From SAR86 cluster bacterium (GTDB lineage: Bacteria > Pseudomonadota > Gammaproteobacteria > Magnimaribacterales > D2472), in assembly GCA_023703615.1 (NCBI GenBank), contig CP097971.1, forward strand, positions 1,134,224 through 1,198,223: a stretch of DNA of 64,000 bases, in the 5' to 3' direction. The notes under the pieces are model-generated. The model was not told where the DNA came from and searched no databases. It was given only the letters and a program-made list of their open reading frames with translations. A program made the position numbers and the translations under genes. The number at the start of each line of letters is the position of its first letter. Position 1 is the stretch's first letter. Shown here piece by piece: positions 38,591 to 48,546 of the stretch.

Positions 38591-39453
38591 CTAAAAAAAA
38601 ATATACTTGTTTTGATCTAACTAAGTCTGAACATATTGCTAATTTAGTTTTTTCACGTCCTGATGAACTAAATACTATGTCTAAAGATTTTTGGGTTGAA
38701 CTAGGCGAAGTTTTGCATGAAATTAATTCAGATTCAGACATCAGAGCTTTAGTGATGTCATCTACTGGCAAGCATTTCTGTGCAGGTATGGACTTAAACG
38801 CCTTTTCAAATGGCGTTGAAAATATTGCCGAAGAAAATAAACCTGACCACGCTAGAATTGGTGAAGCTGTTTATAGAGTAGCAAAAGAACTTCAAGGCTA
38901 TATTAGCCAAATTGAAAAAATTAGAGTGCCTGTTATTGCAGCAATTCATGGTGGCTGTATTGGAGGCGCTGTTGATATGGTCACTGCATGTGATATTAGA
39001 TTAGCCTCAGAGGATGCATTCTTTTGTATACAAGAGATAAATATTGGAATGGCAGCTGATGTTGGTACACTCCAAAGACTACCAAAAATAATACCGGATT
39101 CTAAGATGCGAGAAATGGCTTACACTGGCAGAAGAATGTATGCTCCAGAGGCAAAAGATTCTGGTTTGGTAAGTGATACTTTTGAAAATCAGGAAAAAAT
39201 GCTGGTTGCTGCAAATAAACTTGCAAAAGAAATTGCGTCCAAGTCGCCCGTTGCAATATATGGGCTAAAAGCCGTGATGAATTATTCAAGAGACCATTCA
39301 ATAAATGATAGTTTAGATTATAACGCTCTTTGGAGTGGAGCTATGCTTAGTCAAAAAGATATGACAGAAGCAATGACTGCAAATTTTGAAAAAAGAGAAG
39401 CGGAATTCAATAAATTAGTCGGCGTTAAAAAATTTAACGAATCAGATAACTAA
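38587..39453 (+). CDS. Crotonase/enoyl-CoA hydratase family, delta3,5-delta2,4-dienoyl-CoA isomerase-like
   Basis: FCAGMDL, PVIAAIHGGCIGGAVD...ACDIR, EINIGMAADVGTLQRLP. Confidence 0.9.
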   Translation: MTKKKYTCFDLTKSEHIANLVFSRPDELNTMSKDFWVELGEVLHEINSDSDIRALVMSSTGKHFCAGMDLNAFSNGVENIAEENKPDHARIGEAVYRVAKELQGYISQIEKIRVPVIAAIHGGCIGGAVDMVTACDIRLASEDAFFCIQEINIGMAADVGTLQRLPKIIPDSKMREMAYTGRRMYAPEAKDSGLVSDTFENQEKMLVAANKLAKEIASKSPVAIYGLKAVMNYSRDHSINDSLDYNALWSGAMLSQKDMTEAMTANFEKREAEFNKLVGVKKFNESDN

Positions 39454-40220
39454 CTTTTTCTTAAAAAAACTGGAGTTGACGCGGTAGATTCTGCTTTTGA
39501 GTATTTATAACCATTTAAATCAAAATTAATTAGATCTTCAAAATCTTTTACCTTGTTTTGAATAACCCATTTAGCCATAGTACCTCTTGCTTTTTTTGCA
39601 TAAAAACTAATTATCTTATATTTACCATTTTTGTAATCTTTAAAAGTAGGTGATACTACATTTATATACTCTGGCATTTTACCTAGAACTGAAAAATATT
39701 CTTTTGATGCAAGATTAATAATGAGATCAGACTTGTGTTTTTTCAAATCGTTTAAAATATTTTTTTGAATTTTGTCGCCCCAAAACTCATACAGATCTTT
39801 GCCTTCAGATGTTTTTAGCTTTGTACCCATTTCAAGTCTATATGGTTTCATTAAATCTAAAGGTCTAAGAATGCCATATAAGCCAGATAAAATTCTTATA
39901 TGCTTTTGTGCAAAAGAAATTTCACTTTTTGATAACGTATCAGCCTCAAGGCCTTGGTAAACATCACCCTTGAAAACCAACATAGATGGTTTTGTGTCTT
40001 TGGAAACTTTCTTTGCAGCAGTCCATGACTGATATCTATCATAGTTTAAAGCTGCTAATTTATCACTTAGTCCCATTAAAGAAGCAATATCTTTAGGTTC
40101 TTTGGTTTTGAGTTGTTTAATTAACTTAGAGGAATGACTTAAAAAGTCCGGCACAGAATGACTCCCGCTTGCCTCAAACTCGTAATCAAGTGTTTTTGCT
40201 GGAGAAAGTACTATAATCAT
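39450..40220 (-). CDS. yaaA: Peroxide stress protein YaaA
   Basis: LSPAKTLD, F.GDVY.GL, ILSGLYG.LRPLD...PYRLEMG, NLAS.EY, SFYAKKARG. Confidence 0.95.
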   Translation of the reverse strand: MIIVLSPAKTLDYEFEASGSHSVPDFLSHSSKLIKQLKTKEPKDIASLMGLSDKLAALNYDRYQSWTAAKKVSKDTKPSMLVFKGDVYQGLEADTLSKSEISFAQKHIRILSGLYGILRPLDLMKPYRLEMGTKLKTSEGKDLYEFWGDKIQKNILNDLKKHKSDLIINLASKEYFSVLGKMPEYINVVSPTFKDYKNGKYKIISFYAKKARGTMAKWVIQNKVKDFEDLINFDLNGYKYSKAESTASTPVFLRKS

Positions 40221-40263
40221 GTCTGTATTCTAAGGATACATTAAAGCTTATTCAATATTAAAA

Positions 40264-40728
40264 ATGGAAAAATTTATAAATTTTATAGGAAAATTCATAT
40301 CATTAATGATACCCACCATAGCATTATTGATGATAGTTATAATTGTGGCTAGATATTTCCTAGGTATTGGATTGACTGGCATTCAAGAATTAGTAATGTA
40401 TATGCATGCATTAATCTTTTTAGGGTGTGCTGGATATGTTCAATATAAAGATGAACATGTAAGAGTTGATATTTTTTACAGAGAAGCATCAAATTCATAC
40501 AAAGCTAAAATAAATTTTTTCCTTAGTCTTCTTTTCTTATTGCCTTTATGTTTTGTTGTTAGTTATTACTCAATTGAGTTAATTTATATGGCGTGGAAGA
40601 TTAAAGAGGTATCTACTGAGGCAGGTGGTCTAGGATTTGTATATATTCAAAAAACTTTGATTGCATTATTTCCAATAACGCTATTAATCACCCTTTTTTA
40701 TCAGTTTATTAAAAACAAATGGAACTAA
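40264..40728 (+). CDS. dctQ: TRAP transporter small permease DctQ
   Basis: 4 TM, QEL..Y, HVRVDIFY, E.S.E.GGL. Confidence 0.88.
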   Translation: MEKFINFIGKFISLMIPTIALLMIVIIVARYFLGIGLTGIQELVMYMHALIFLGCAGYVQYKDEHVRVDIFYREASNSYKAKINFFLSLLFLLPLCFVVSYYSIELIYMAWKIKEVSTEAGGLGFVYIQKTLIALFPITLLITLFYQFIKNKWN

Positions 40729-42056
40729 TACCCCTACTTTTATTACTATTAATATGTGTCACATTATTAATTGGTTATCCTGTTGCATTTACCCTTGCAG
40801 GAGTATCATTACTCTTCGCATTAATCTGTATCCCATTTGGAATATTTGATCCAACAATTTTTAAAAGCATACCCATAAGAATTTTTGGCATTATGAATAA
40901 TGTAACTTTGCTTGCAGTGCCGCTATTTATTTTTATGGGAACTATTTTAGAAAAGTCAGGTATCGCAGCAAAAATGTTAGAGAACATGGCGGCTGCTTTT
41001 AGGAGGACAAAAGGTGGTTTATCAATATCAATTATTATTGTTGGAGCTCTCTTAGCAGCTAGCACAGGTATCGTTGGAGCAACTGTTGTAACTATTGGGC
41101 TTATGTCTCTACCAATTCTTATCAACCAAGGATATGAAAAAAGTTTTTCAGCAGGTCTTGTTGCCTCAACAGGAACGTTAGGCCAAATCATACCTCCATC
41201 CATTGCTTTGGTTCTCTTGGGTGATGTTATGTCTAATGCCTATCAAAGAGCCCAAAACAATATGGGTATCTTTTCTCAACAAACAGTTACAGTTGGTGAT
41301 CTTTTTATAGGTGCAATTGTTCCAGGAATAATGATCTGTCTTGGTTATCTTTTTTACACAATTTATAAAAATAAAACTAATTTAAATATTAAAAATTACT
41401 CAGATGAAAAACACATTAATAAAATAGATTTACTTAAAACTCTTGCACTTCCAATTACTTTAATTTTTCTTGTTCTAGGATCAATTTTTGCTGGGATTGC
41501 TACTCCTACAGAAGCAGCAGCCATTGGAGCTTTTGGAGCACTTATAATAACATTTATAAATAAAAAAATTACTCTAACTTTTATCAAAGAAACATCTGAA
41601 AAGACTGCTGTTGTATCTACAATGATTTTTACTATTCTCATCGGTGCTTCAATATTTTCATTAATTTTTAGAGGTGTTGGTGGCGATGAATTAATAGATC
41701 TTATATTCAACTCTCTGCCTGGTGGTTCCTATACAGCATTGATTTTTGTATTGCTTGTAATATTTTTATTAGGTTTTATCTTAGACTTTATAGAAATTTG
41801 CTATGTTATAGTGCCTTTGATAGCTCCTCCACTTTTAATGATGGGTTTTGATCCAGTCTGGTTGGCTATCCTGTTTGCTATCAATCTTCAAACATCATTT
41901 TTAACACCCCCTTTTGGGTTCTCATTATTCTATTTGAGAGGGGTTGCTGATGAGACAATTCAGACCAGTGAAATATATAGGGGTGTTATACCTTTTATAT
42001 TAATTCAATTATTGATACTTAGCATAGTGCTTATATTCCCAGCAATTATAATTTAA
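40719..42056 (+). CDS. dctM: TRAP transporter large permease DctM
   Basis: LLAVPLFIFMG..LE.SG, AASTGIVGA, GTLGQIIPPS, PTEAAA, NLQTSFLTPPFG. Confidence 0.94.
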   Translation: MELIPLLLLLLICVTLLIGYPVAFTLAGVSLLFALICIPFGIFDPTIFKSIPIRIFGIMNNVTLLAVPLFIFMGTILEKSGIAAKMLENMAAAFRRTKGGLSISIIIVGALLAASTGIVGATVVTIGLMSLPILINQGYEKSFSAGLVASTGTLGQIIPPSIALVLLGDVMSNAYQRAQNNMGIFSQQTVTVGDLFIGAIVPGIMICLGYLFYTIYKNKTNLNIKNYSDEKHINKIDLLKTLALPITLIFLVLGSIFAGIATPTEAAAIGAFGALIITFINKKITLTFIKETSEKTAVVSTMIFTILIGASIFSLIFRGVGGDELIDLIFNSLPGGSYTALIFVLLVIFLLGFILDFIEICYVIVPLIAPPLLMMGFDPVWLAILFAINLQTSFLTPPFGFSLFYLRGVADETIQTSEIYRGVIPFILIQLLILSIVLIFPAIII

Positions 42057-42144
42057 TCAACTAAAGGATTTTTTACCCATTTATTTTCATCTTCTTTTGC
42101 TGGCAGAATAAATTTTTTAATTAACTCTAAAATTAATAGAAAAA

Positions 42145-43110
42145 TTACCCCAAGCCAACATTATTTTTTTCTAAAGCTCTTTCCGCTCTATAGCTTGATC
42201 GAACCATAGGCCCTGACATCACTTCAAGAAAACCTTTTTTTAATCCTATTTCTCTGTATTTTTCAAACTCTTTCGGTGTAACCCACCTTTCAATTGGATG
42301 GTGATTAACAGTTGGTCTTAGGTATTGACCGATAGTTAAAATATCAACTTTATTTGTGATCAGATCATCCATTGTTTGCTCAATCTCAAGGTCTGTTTCA
42401 CCAAGTCCTAGAATAATACTGGTCTTAGTAAGTACTTTTGGATTAATGCGCTTTGATTCTGCTAGGACATCTAGTGTTTGTTTATACCCTGCTCGAACAT
42501 CTCTAACTTGATGTGTAAGTCTTTCAACTGTTTCAATATTTTGAGCAAAAACTTCTAATCCACAATTTACTAAAGTATCAATTGATGAAGTTATGCCTTT
42601 AAAATCTGGAGTTAAGGCTTCTACCGCCGTATTTGGATTAAATTCTTTTATAAGTTTTACAGTATCAGCAAAATGTTGTGCTCCTCCATCTGAAAGATCA
42701 TCTCTATTTACAGATGTTAAAACTACGTATTTTAATTTCATTATCTCAACAGCTTTTGCAGTTTTCATTGGTTCATCTCTATCAAGCCAGCCATTTGGAT
42801 TCCCAGTATCTACTGAACAAAATTTACATGCTCTTGTACAAACTGATCCCATCAACATAAAAGTAGCTGTCCCTGCCGACCAACACTCACTAATATTTGG
42901 GCAATGTGCTTCCTCACAAACTGTGTAAAGTTTTTTACTCTGAACCTGTTCTTTTACTTTATGAAAATTAGGATTAAATTCAGCTTTAACTTTTAACCAA
43001 CTAGGTTTCTTTGGCGAAGGAATTTCAGAAAATTTATTGAATTTTTGACCATTCTTAATAGCTTTGATGCCATCTCTGTTGATAATTTTTGTTGTTGGTA
43101 TTATTTCCAT
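42145..43110 (-). CDS. lipA: Lipoyl synthase
   Basis: [12 protein letters not shown] and CTRACKFC cluster motifs, [14 protein letters not shown]. Confidence 0.97.
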   Translation of the reverse strand: MEIIPTTKIINRDGIKAIKNGQKFNKFSEIPSPKKPSWLKVKAEFNPNFHKVKEQVQSKKLYTVCEEAHCPNISECWSAGTATFMLMGSVCTRACKFCSVDTGNPNGWLDRDEPMKTAKAVEIMKLKYVVLTSVNRDDLSDGGAQHFADTVKLIKEFNPNTAVEALTPDFKGITSSIDTLVNCGLEVFAQNIETVERLTHQVRDVRAGYKQTLDVLAESKRINPKVLTKTSIILGLGETDLEIEQTMDDLITNKVDILTIGQYLRPTVNHHPIERWVTPKEFEKYREIGLKKGFLEVMSGPMVRSSYRAERALEKNNVGLG

Positions 43111-43715
43111 TGTAAAAAAATATTTTTTAGTAAATTTATTACTAGTTCTTCTAATTGTAGTTTAGAAATGTTCTTATTTAAATCTCTTATCTGCGTTACT
43201 TCGAGACCCGCATAACCACAAGGATTTATTTGTTTGAATGGCAATAAATCCATATCAACATTAAGACTAATGCCATGATAGGTTTTTCCTTTGGAGATTC
43301 TTAGACCGATAGAGGCAATTTTCTTCTCACCTACATAAACTCCTGGAGCACCTTCGACAAAATTGCTATCAATTGATATTTTATCTAGCAATTCTTTTAC
43401 AAAATTCTGTAAAGTCAAAACTAATCTCTTAGGGCCAAGTTCTAATTTCTTTACATCAAGCAAAAAATAGATAACTAGCTGTCCAGGTCCATGATATGTA
43501 ACTTCTCCACCTCTGTCTGATTGAAAAATAGGTATACCTTTTGCATTTAAAATATGACTCTCATCTGCAGCTGTCCCAAGAGTAAAAATTGGAGGATGCT
43601 CCAGCAACCAAATTTCATTCTTGAAATTATTACTTTTAATATGAGACTTCATTAAGTCTAAAGTTTCATGATAATTAACAACACCAAGTGATTTGAATGT
43701 TAACTCTTTAAGCAC
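43101..43715 (-). CDS. lipB: Octanoyltransferase LipB
   Basis: [40 protein letters not shown]. Confidence 0.96.
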   Translation of the reverse strand: MLKELTFKSLGVVNYHETLDLMKSHIKSNNFKNEIWLLEHPPIFTLGTAADESHILNAKGIPIFQSDRGGEVTYHGPGQLVIYFLLDVKKLELGPKRLVLTLQNFVKELLDKISIDSNFVEGAPGVYVGEKKIASIGLRISKGKTYHGISLNVDMDLLPFKQINPCGYAGLEVTQIRDLNKNISKLQLEELVINLLKNIFLQWK

Positions 43716-44800
43716 TACTTATTTCTTGACTCAACAAATGCATCTTCCGAAATTTTATGATATGCGGATACATTATTTTTAAACTCTACATAAGAGTTAT
43801 AAACCTTTGCAATGGTTTCGTCCTCTTTAGCTAAATCATCAAGAATCCTATTAGAAATCTTTCTAAATTCTTCTATTACGTCTTCAGGCAGCTTTCTTAG
43901 CTCAACTCCATGAACATCAATTAGTTCAGTAAGTGCTTTATTATTTTTTGCTAAATATTCATCCAGCATGTCTTGATTTACTGCTTTAGAGGCTGTTTCA
44001 ATAATAACTTGTAAATGTTTTGGCAAAGAGTTCCAAGCATCCATATTAATTAATAGTTCAAGCATAGGTCCTGGTTCGTGCCATCCAGGATAATAGTAGT
44101 ATTTAGCAGCTTGGTGAAAACCAAATGTTAAATCATTATATGGGCCAACCCATTCTGTAGCATCTATTACTCCTGTTTGAAGCGCTGTAAATAACTCACC
44201 ACCCGGAAGTGTGACCGGAATTCCTCCAGCCTCTTTTAATACCTCTCCACCAATACCTGGAATACGCATTTTGAGACCTTTTATGTCTTCAAGTGAATTA
44301 ATTTCTTTGTTAAACCAGCCAAACATTTGAGTTCCAGTGTTACCAGCTGGAATTGGATATATATTAAACGGAGCATAAATTTCTCTCCATAGTTCTAATC
44401 CTCCACCTCTATTGACCCATGCATTTATTTCATCAGCTGTTAATCCAAAAGGAACGCTTGTAAAAAACTGCGCAGCTGGAACTTTGCCTTTCCAAAAATA
44501 ACCGCCGCTATGTCCCATTTGATGAGAGCCACTTGATACAGCATCAAAAACTCCAAATGCTGGAACTTGTTCCTCAGCACCGTAAACAGTTATTTTCATC
44601 TGTCCATTACTCATTTCTTCTACAAGATTCGCAATTCTTTCAGGAGCCATACCTAGGCCAGGATAATTTTTTGGCCATGAGGTTACAAGCCTCCAATTAT
44701 AGGTTTTTTGAATATTTAATGAATCTTCTTTTAGATTAGATTCTTCATTTGAGCATCCAAAGATTAAAAAAAACAAAGGTAAAAAAATAAGCTTCTTCAT
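43715..44800 (-). CDS. dctP: TRAP substrate-binding protein DctP (TakP/2-oxoacid subfamily), lipoprotein
   Basis: WRLVTSWP, GYFWKGK, GNTGTQM.GWF.KEI, LKMRIPG, IDATEWVGPY.D, YYYPGWHEPG. Start ATG 44800 (MKKLIFLPLFFLIFGC), ATGA overlap with uvrD stop. Confidence 0.9.
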   Translation of the reverse strand: MKKLIFLPLFFLIFGCSNEESNLKEDSLNIQKTYNWRLVTSWPKNYPGLGMAPERIANLVEEMSNGQMKITVYGAEEQVPAFGVFDAVSSGSHQMGHSGGYFWKGKVPAAQFFTSVPFGLTADEINAWVNRGGGLELWREIYAPFNIYPIPAGNTGTQMFGWFNKEINSLEDIKGLKMRIPGIGGEVLKEAGGIPVTLPGGELFTALQTGVIDATEWVGPYNDLTFGFHQAAKYYYYPGWHEPGPMLELLINMDAWNSLPKHLQVIIETASKAVNQDMLDEYLAKNNKALTELIDVHGVELRKLPEDVIEEFRKISNRILDDLAKEDETIAKVYNSYVEFKNNVSAYHKISEDAFVESRNK

Positions 44801-46971
44801 ATTTTCTCTAGATTTGCATATGCCATGACCAACCATTTAGTTCCAGAATTATCAAAACTAACTTGAATTCTTGCAGAATCGCCAGAGCCTTCATAATTTA
44901 AAACAATACCTTCGCCAAATTTTTTGTGCTGTACTTTTTGTCCAAGAGCAATACCTATTTCCTCCTCAAATTCCATTTTTGTTTCTTTGAAATCAGTTCT
45001 ATTATAAGGGATCTTGGTTTGGGCTCTAGGTCTAATCTCATTTATTAATTCTTTTGGAATCTCCCTTATAAATCTTGATGGGGGATTAAACGTATCAGAA
45101 CCATGAAGCCTTCTAGATTCAGTATGAGTAATATAGAGTTTTTCCATAGCCCTTGTAATAGCAACATAACAAAGCCTTCTTTCTTCTTCCAATTGAGATG
45201 CATTTTCCATTGACCTACCATGGGGAAATAAGCTCTCTTCTAATCCAGTAATCATAACCATTTTAAATTCAAGGCCTTTTGCGGAATGCATAGTCATTAA
45301 TTGTGCAGCGTCGTCATACTCTGATGCCTGCCTATCTCCAGAATCTAGTGAGATCATATCTAAATATTGTTCAGCAATTTCTATATTTGTTTTTTCTTCT
45401 CTTATGCTTTGCTCAAAGTTTTTTGTAGCTGAAACTAATTCTTCTAAATTTTCTACTCTTGTTTTACCTTTTTCTCCAGGTTCTTTTGCATGATACGAAT
45501 AAAGACCAGAGGATTTTATAATTTCCTCCATAAGAGAAGATAGAGTATTTTCTTCAATAAAGCTTTTGCAGTTTGCAATAAATTCTAAATAGTTTTTAAG
45601 TCCTAAGCCGCCTCTTCCAGTAATTGAATTTTCATCAATTAATTTTGCAGACGATTTTATATATGAAATATTATGTTTTTTTGCTGTAGCCCTTATTTTA
45701 TTTAAAGTCTTCTCCCCAACCCCTCTAGTTGGATTTGAGATTGAGCGCTCAAATGCAGGATTGTCAGAATTATTAAAAATAATTTTTAAATAAGCAATTG
45801 CATTTTTAATCTCCATTCTTTCGTAGAAACGTAATCCACCATAAATCCTATATGGTATGTTTATTCTTAATAATGCTTCTTCAAGAGCTCTTGATTGAGC
45901 ATTTGATCTATATAAGATAGCCGAGTCACTATAAAGCTCGCCTTTATTCATCCAATCTTTTAAAACATCAGCGACGTATCTCGCCTCATCCTGTTCGTTG
46001 TATGCTTGATACAAAATTATTTCCTCTCCTTCTTTTTTATCTGTCCACAGATTTTTTCCTAGCCTATCTGAATTATTGTCGATAACTGCATTTGCAGCTC
46101 CAAGAATCACGTTTGTTGATCTATAATTTTGTTCTAACTTTATTACTTCGGTATCTTTAAAGTGTTTTGTGAAATCGTCAACGTTTTCTACTTTTGCCCC
46201 TCGCCATCCGTAGATAGACTGGTCATCGTCTCCAACGGCAGTAATTGAAGCATTCTTCGATGTTATTTCAAGCAACCATTTATATTGAATAGTATTTGTA
46301 TCCTGAAACTCGTCTACGAGAACAGATTTAAATCTTGAATGAAAAAATTCTTTAACTAATTCATTTTCTTTGATTACTTCATAAGATTTTAAAAGCAATT
46401 CACCAAAATCAACAAGATTATCATTTTTGCAGACTTCTTCATATTCTATATATACCTTTTTAATGGTCTCTTTAAAATAATCCTCATTTTCGTTTACATC
46501 TTTAGATCTTAAGCCGTCATCTTTCCATGAGTTTATTTGCCATTGAGTCTGCCTTGCAGGCCAAGTTGCTTCATCTAAATTAAGTTCTTTTGAAATTCGT
46601 TTTACGATTCTTAATTGATCATCACTATCTAAAATTGTAAACCCGCTACTAAGATTTGCCTCTTTATAGAATCTCTTAAGAAGTTTATGTGATAGCCCAT
46701 GAAATGTTCCAACCCAAGAATCTCTCATTTGAACCTGTAATAATTCTTCTATTCTTGAACGCATTTCCATAGCGGCTTTGTTTGTAAAAGTTACAGCCAT
46801 TATTGAGGCGGGATTTATTTGCAAGGCCTCTACTTGCCAAGCTATTTTATGAACTAAGACTCTAGTTTTTCCAGATCCGGCTCCAGCCAAAACCATTAAA
46901 TGTTCTTTTTCAGAAGTCACAGCCTCTCGCTGTTGTTCATTAAGATTGTCTAAAATATGAGATACATCCAT
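44797..46971 (-). CDS. uvrD: DNA helicase II UvrD
   Basis: LAGAGSGKTRV, VDEFQDTN, VGDDDQSIY.WRGA, LEQNYRS, MTMHSAKGLEF, EERRLCYVAITRA, C-terminal Tudor-like domain. Confidence 0.96.
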   Translation of the reverse strand: MDVSHILDNLNEQQREAVTSEKEHLMVLAGAGSGKTRVLVHKIAWQVEALQINPASIMAVTFTNKAAMEMRSRIEELLQVQMRDSWVGTFHGLSHKLLKRFYKEANLSSGFTILDSDDQLRIVKRISKELNLDEATWPARQTQWQINSWKDDGLRSKDVNENEDYFKETIKKVYIEYEEVCKNDNLVDFGELLLKSYEVIKENELVKEFFHSRFKSVLVDEFQDTNTIQYKWLLEITSKNASITAVGDDDQSIYGWRGAKVENVDDFTKHFKDTEVIKLEQNYRSTNVILGAANAVIDNNSDRLGKNLWTDKKEGEEIILYQAYNEQDEARYVADVLKDWMNKGELYSDSAILYRSNAQSRALEEALLRINIPYRIYGGLRFYERMEIKNAIAYLKIIFNNSDNPAFERSISNPTRGVGEKTLNKIRATAKKHNISYIKSSAKLIDENSITGRGGLGLKNYLEFIANCKSFIEENTLSSLMEEIIKSSGLYSYHAKEPGEKGKTRVENLEELVSATKNFEQSIREEKTNIEIAEQYLDMISLDSGDRQASEYDDAAQLMTMHSAKGLEFKMVMITGLEESLFPHGRSMENASQLEEERRLCYVAITRAMEKLYITHTESRRLHGSDTFNPPSRFIREIPKELINEIRPRAQTKIPYNRTDFKETKMEFEEEIGIALGQKVQHKKFGEGIVLNYEGSGDSARIQVSFDNSGTKWLVMAYANLEKI

Positions 46972-47013
46972 TTAGGGATTCATTTTTTTGTCTAAGAGAG
47001 ATATTCTAACCCT

Positions 47014-47856
47014 ATGACAACTAAATTATTGAGGCAAATTGAAAATTCTTTACCTGATTTAAGAAAATCAGAAAAATTAGTTGGTGAATTTGTTCTTCAA
47101 GATCCAAAATCTGTGATAACCATGAAAACTGCTGAAGCTTCTAAAGCCATTGGCATTAGCGAACCAACTTTAATAAGATTTTGTAAAGCGCTTGGTTTTT
47201 CAGGATACCAGGAATTTAAAATTAACTTATCTCAACAATTAGCAGCTGATGACTATTTTGTGATGTATGAAATTGAAGAAGACGATTCAATACATGAGTT
47301 GTGTGAAAAAGTTTTCGATACAACAATAAGTGAAATCTTAAATGTTAGGTCACAAATTAATCAAAATATTTTAGAAGAATCTATTGAAACGCTAGCTAAT
47401 GCAAACAGAGTTGAGTTTTATGCTTTTGGAGGTTCTGCTCCAGTTGCTATGGATGCACAACATAAATTTTTTAGGTTAAAAATACCATCGTCGTTTATAA
47501 CAGATCCTCATATACAATTTATGTCAGCTAATTCATTGAATGAAAATGATGTTGTCGTTGCAATATCTCAATCAGGCACTACATCTGCTCTTGTAAATAG
47601 CGTTAAAATTTTAAGAAAAGCTGGAGTTAAGGTAATAGGTATTATGCCTGGCAATACTCCTCTAGCTAATATATGTAACTATCCTTTAACAATAAATGTT
47701 GGAGAAAATAACAGAATATCGAAACCAAATACCTCAAGAATTGCCTATACAGCAGTAATTGATGTTCTGACAATGGGAGTGGCTCAGCTAAAACCTGAAG
47801 CACAAGATCATTTATATAATATTGCTGATTCGCAAAGGTCTTTGAGAATTAAATAA
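47014..47856 (+). CDS. hexR: RpiR/HexR-family transcriptional regulator (HTH + SIS)
   Basis: LRKSE..V...VL, ISEPTLIRFCKALG..G.QEFK, A.DAQHKFFR, ISQSG.T, SRIA...VIDVL. Confidence 0.75.
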   Translation: MTTKLLRQIENSLPDLRKSEKLVGEFVLQDPKSVITMKTAEASKAIGISEPTLIRFCKALGFSGYQEFKINLSQQLAADDYFVMYEIEEDDSIHELCEKVFDTTISEILNVRSQINQNILEESIETLANANRVEFYAFGGSAPVAMDAQHKFFRLKIPSSFITDPHIQFMSANSLNENDVVVAISQSGTTSALVNSVKILRKAGVKVIGIMPGNTPLANICNYPLTINVGENNRISKPNTSRIAYTAVIDVLTMGVAQLKPEAQDHLYNIADSQRSLRIK

Positions 47857-47858
47857 CT

Positions 47859-48485
47859 CTAATATCTTAGACCTTCTCTAAACCACAAGTTGATGGCCCA
47901 CTTTTCTCCTTTCTTGACAGGCATTCCAGCATGTAAAGAATTAGGATGAATGGTATTTGTATCTTTAAGACAGTTTTCAAAAACTATCGCTCTGCCTTTG
48001 ATGGGTTTGACACCTACATCAAGTTTTGGAAAATAAGTTTCTCCTCCTTCTTCTACATCATTGAGATAGGCTAAAACTGTAAGCACTCTTTGTCCACCAG
48101 GATTCCAATGGAGTTTGCCTGCTTCAGATTCTGGATCAAACGAATCAAAATGAGCTTGATATTCTTTTCCAACGCCGTAATAAACCAATTGAAAGTCCTC
48201 TGCTGACCTAATTGACATTTTAGTAAGAATTGAAAATCTTTTGCTAACCTCATGAATAATTTCAGTAGCATCATGTTTCACAAAACAATTTTTATTTGTT
48301 CTATTTTTGTGCATTGTAGAGCCAGATTCATTGATAACAGTTGCATCTTCAAGTTTATCTTTACTAAAATCAATAAAACTTTGGCACTCCTCTGATGATA
48401 GAAAATCATCGACTACATAAATCAATGGATCTGCAGAATACATAAAAACATTTTTAGCTATAGTTTGTATTGGTTCCGTTTTCAT
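47859..48485 (-). CDS. 2OG-Fe(II) oxygenase, prolyl 4-hydroxylase-like
   Basis: HFD...H facial triad, GGQRV.TVL.YLNDVEEGGET.FP, HAGMPV..GEKW. Confidence 0.9.
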   Translation of the reverse strand: MKTEPIQTIAKNVFMYSADPLIYVVDDFLSSEECQSFIDFSKDKLEDATVINESGSTMHKNRTNKNCFVKHDATEIIHEVSKRFSILTKMSIRSAEDFQLVYYGVGKEYQAHFDSFDPESEAGKLHWNPGGQRVLTVLAYLNDVEEGGETYFPKLDVGVKPIKGRAIVFENCLKDTNTIHPNSLHAGMPVKKGEKWAINLWFREGLRY

Positions 48486-48546
48486 ACTCTTATTTTAATA
48501 TTTAATAATGGTTTATTATATACTTGTAAAAATTTTGTTATAAAAA

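Noticed and set aside
42053-42160. 35-codon minus-strand frame ([16 protein letters not shown]...) after lipA
   Set aside because: It looks TM-like but has no in-frame ATG/GTG/TTG start. It may be a remnant but cannot be supported.
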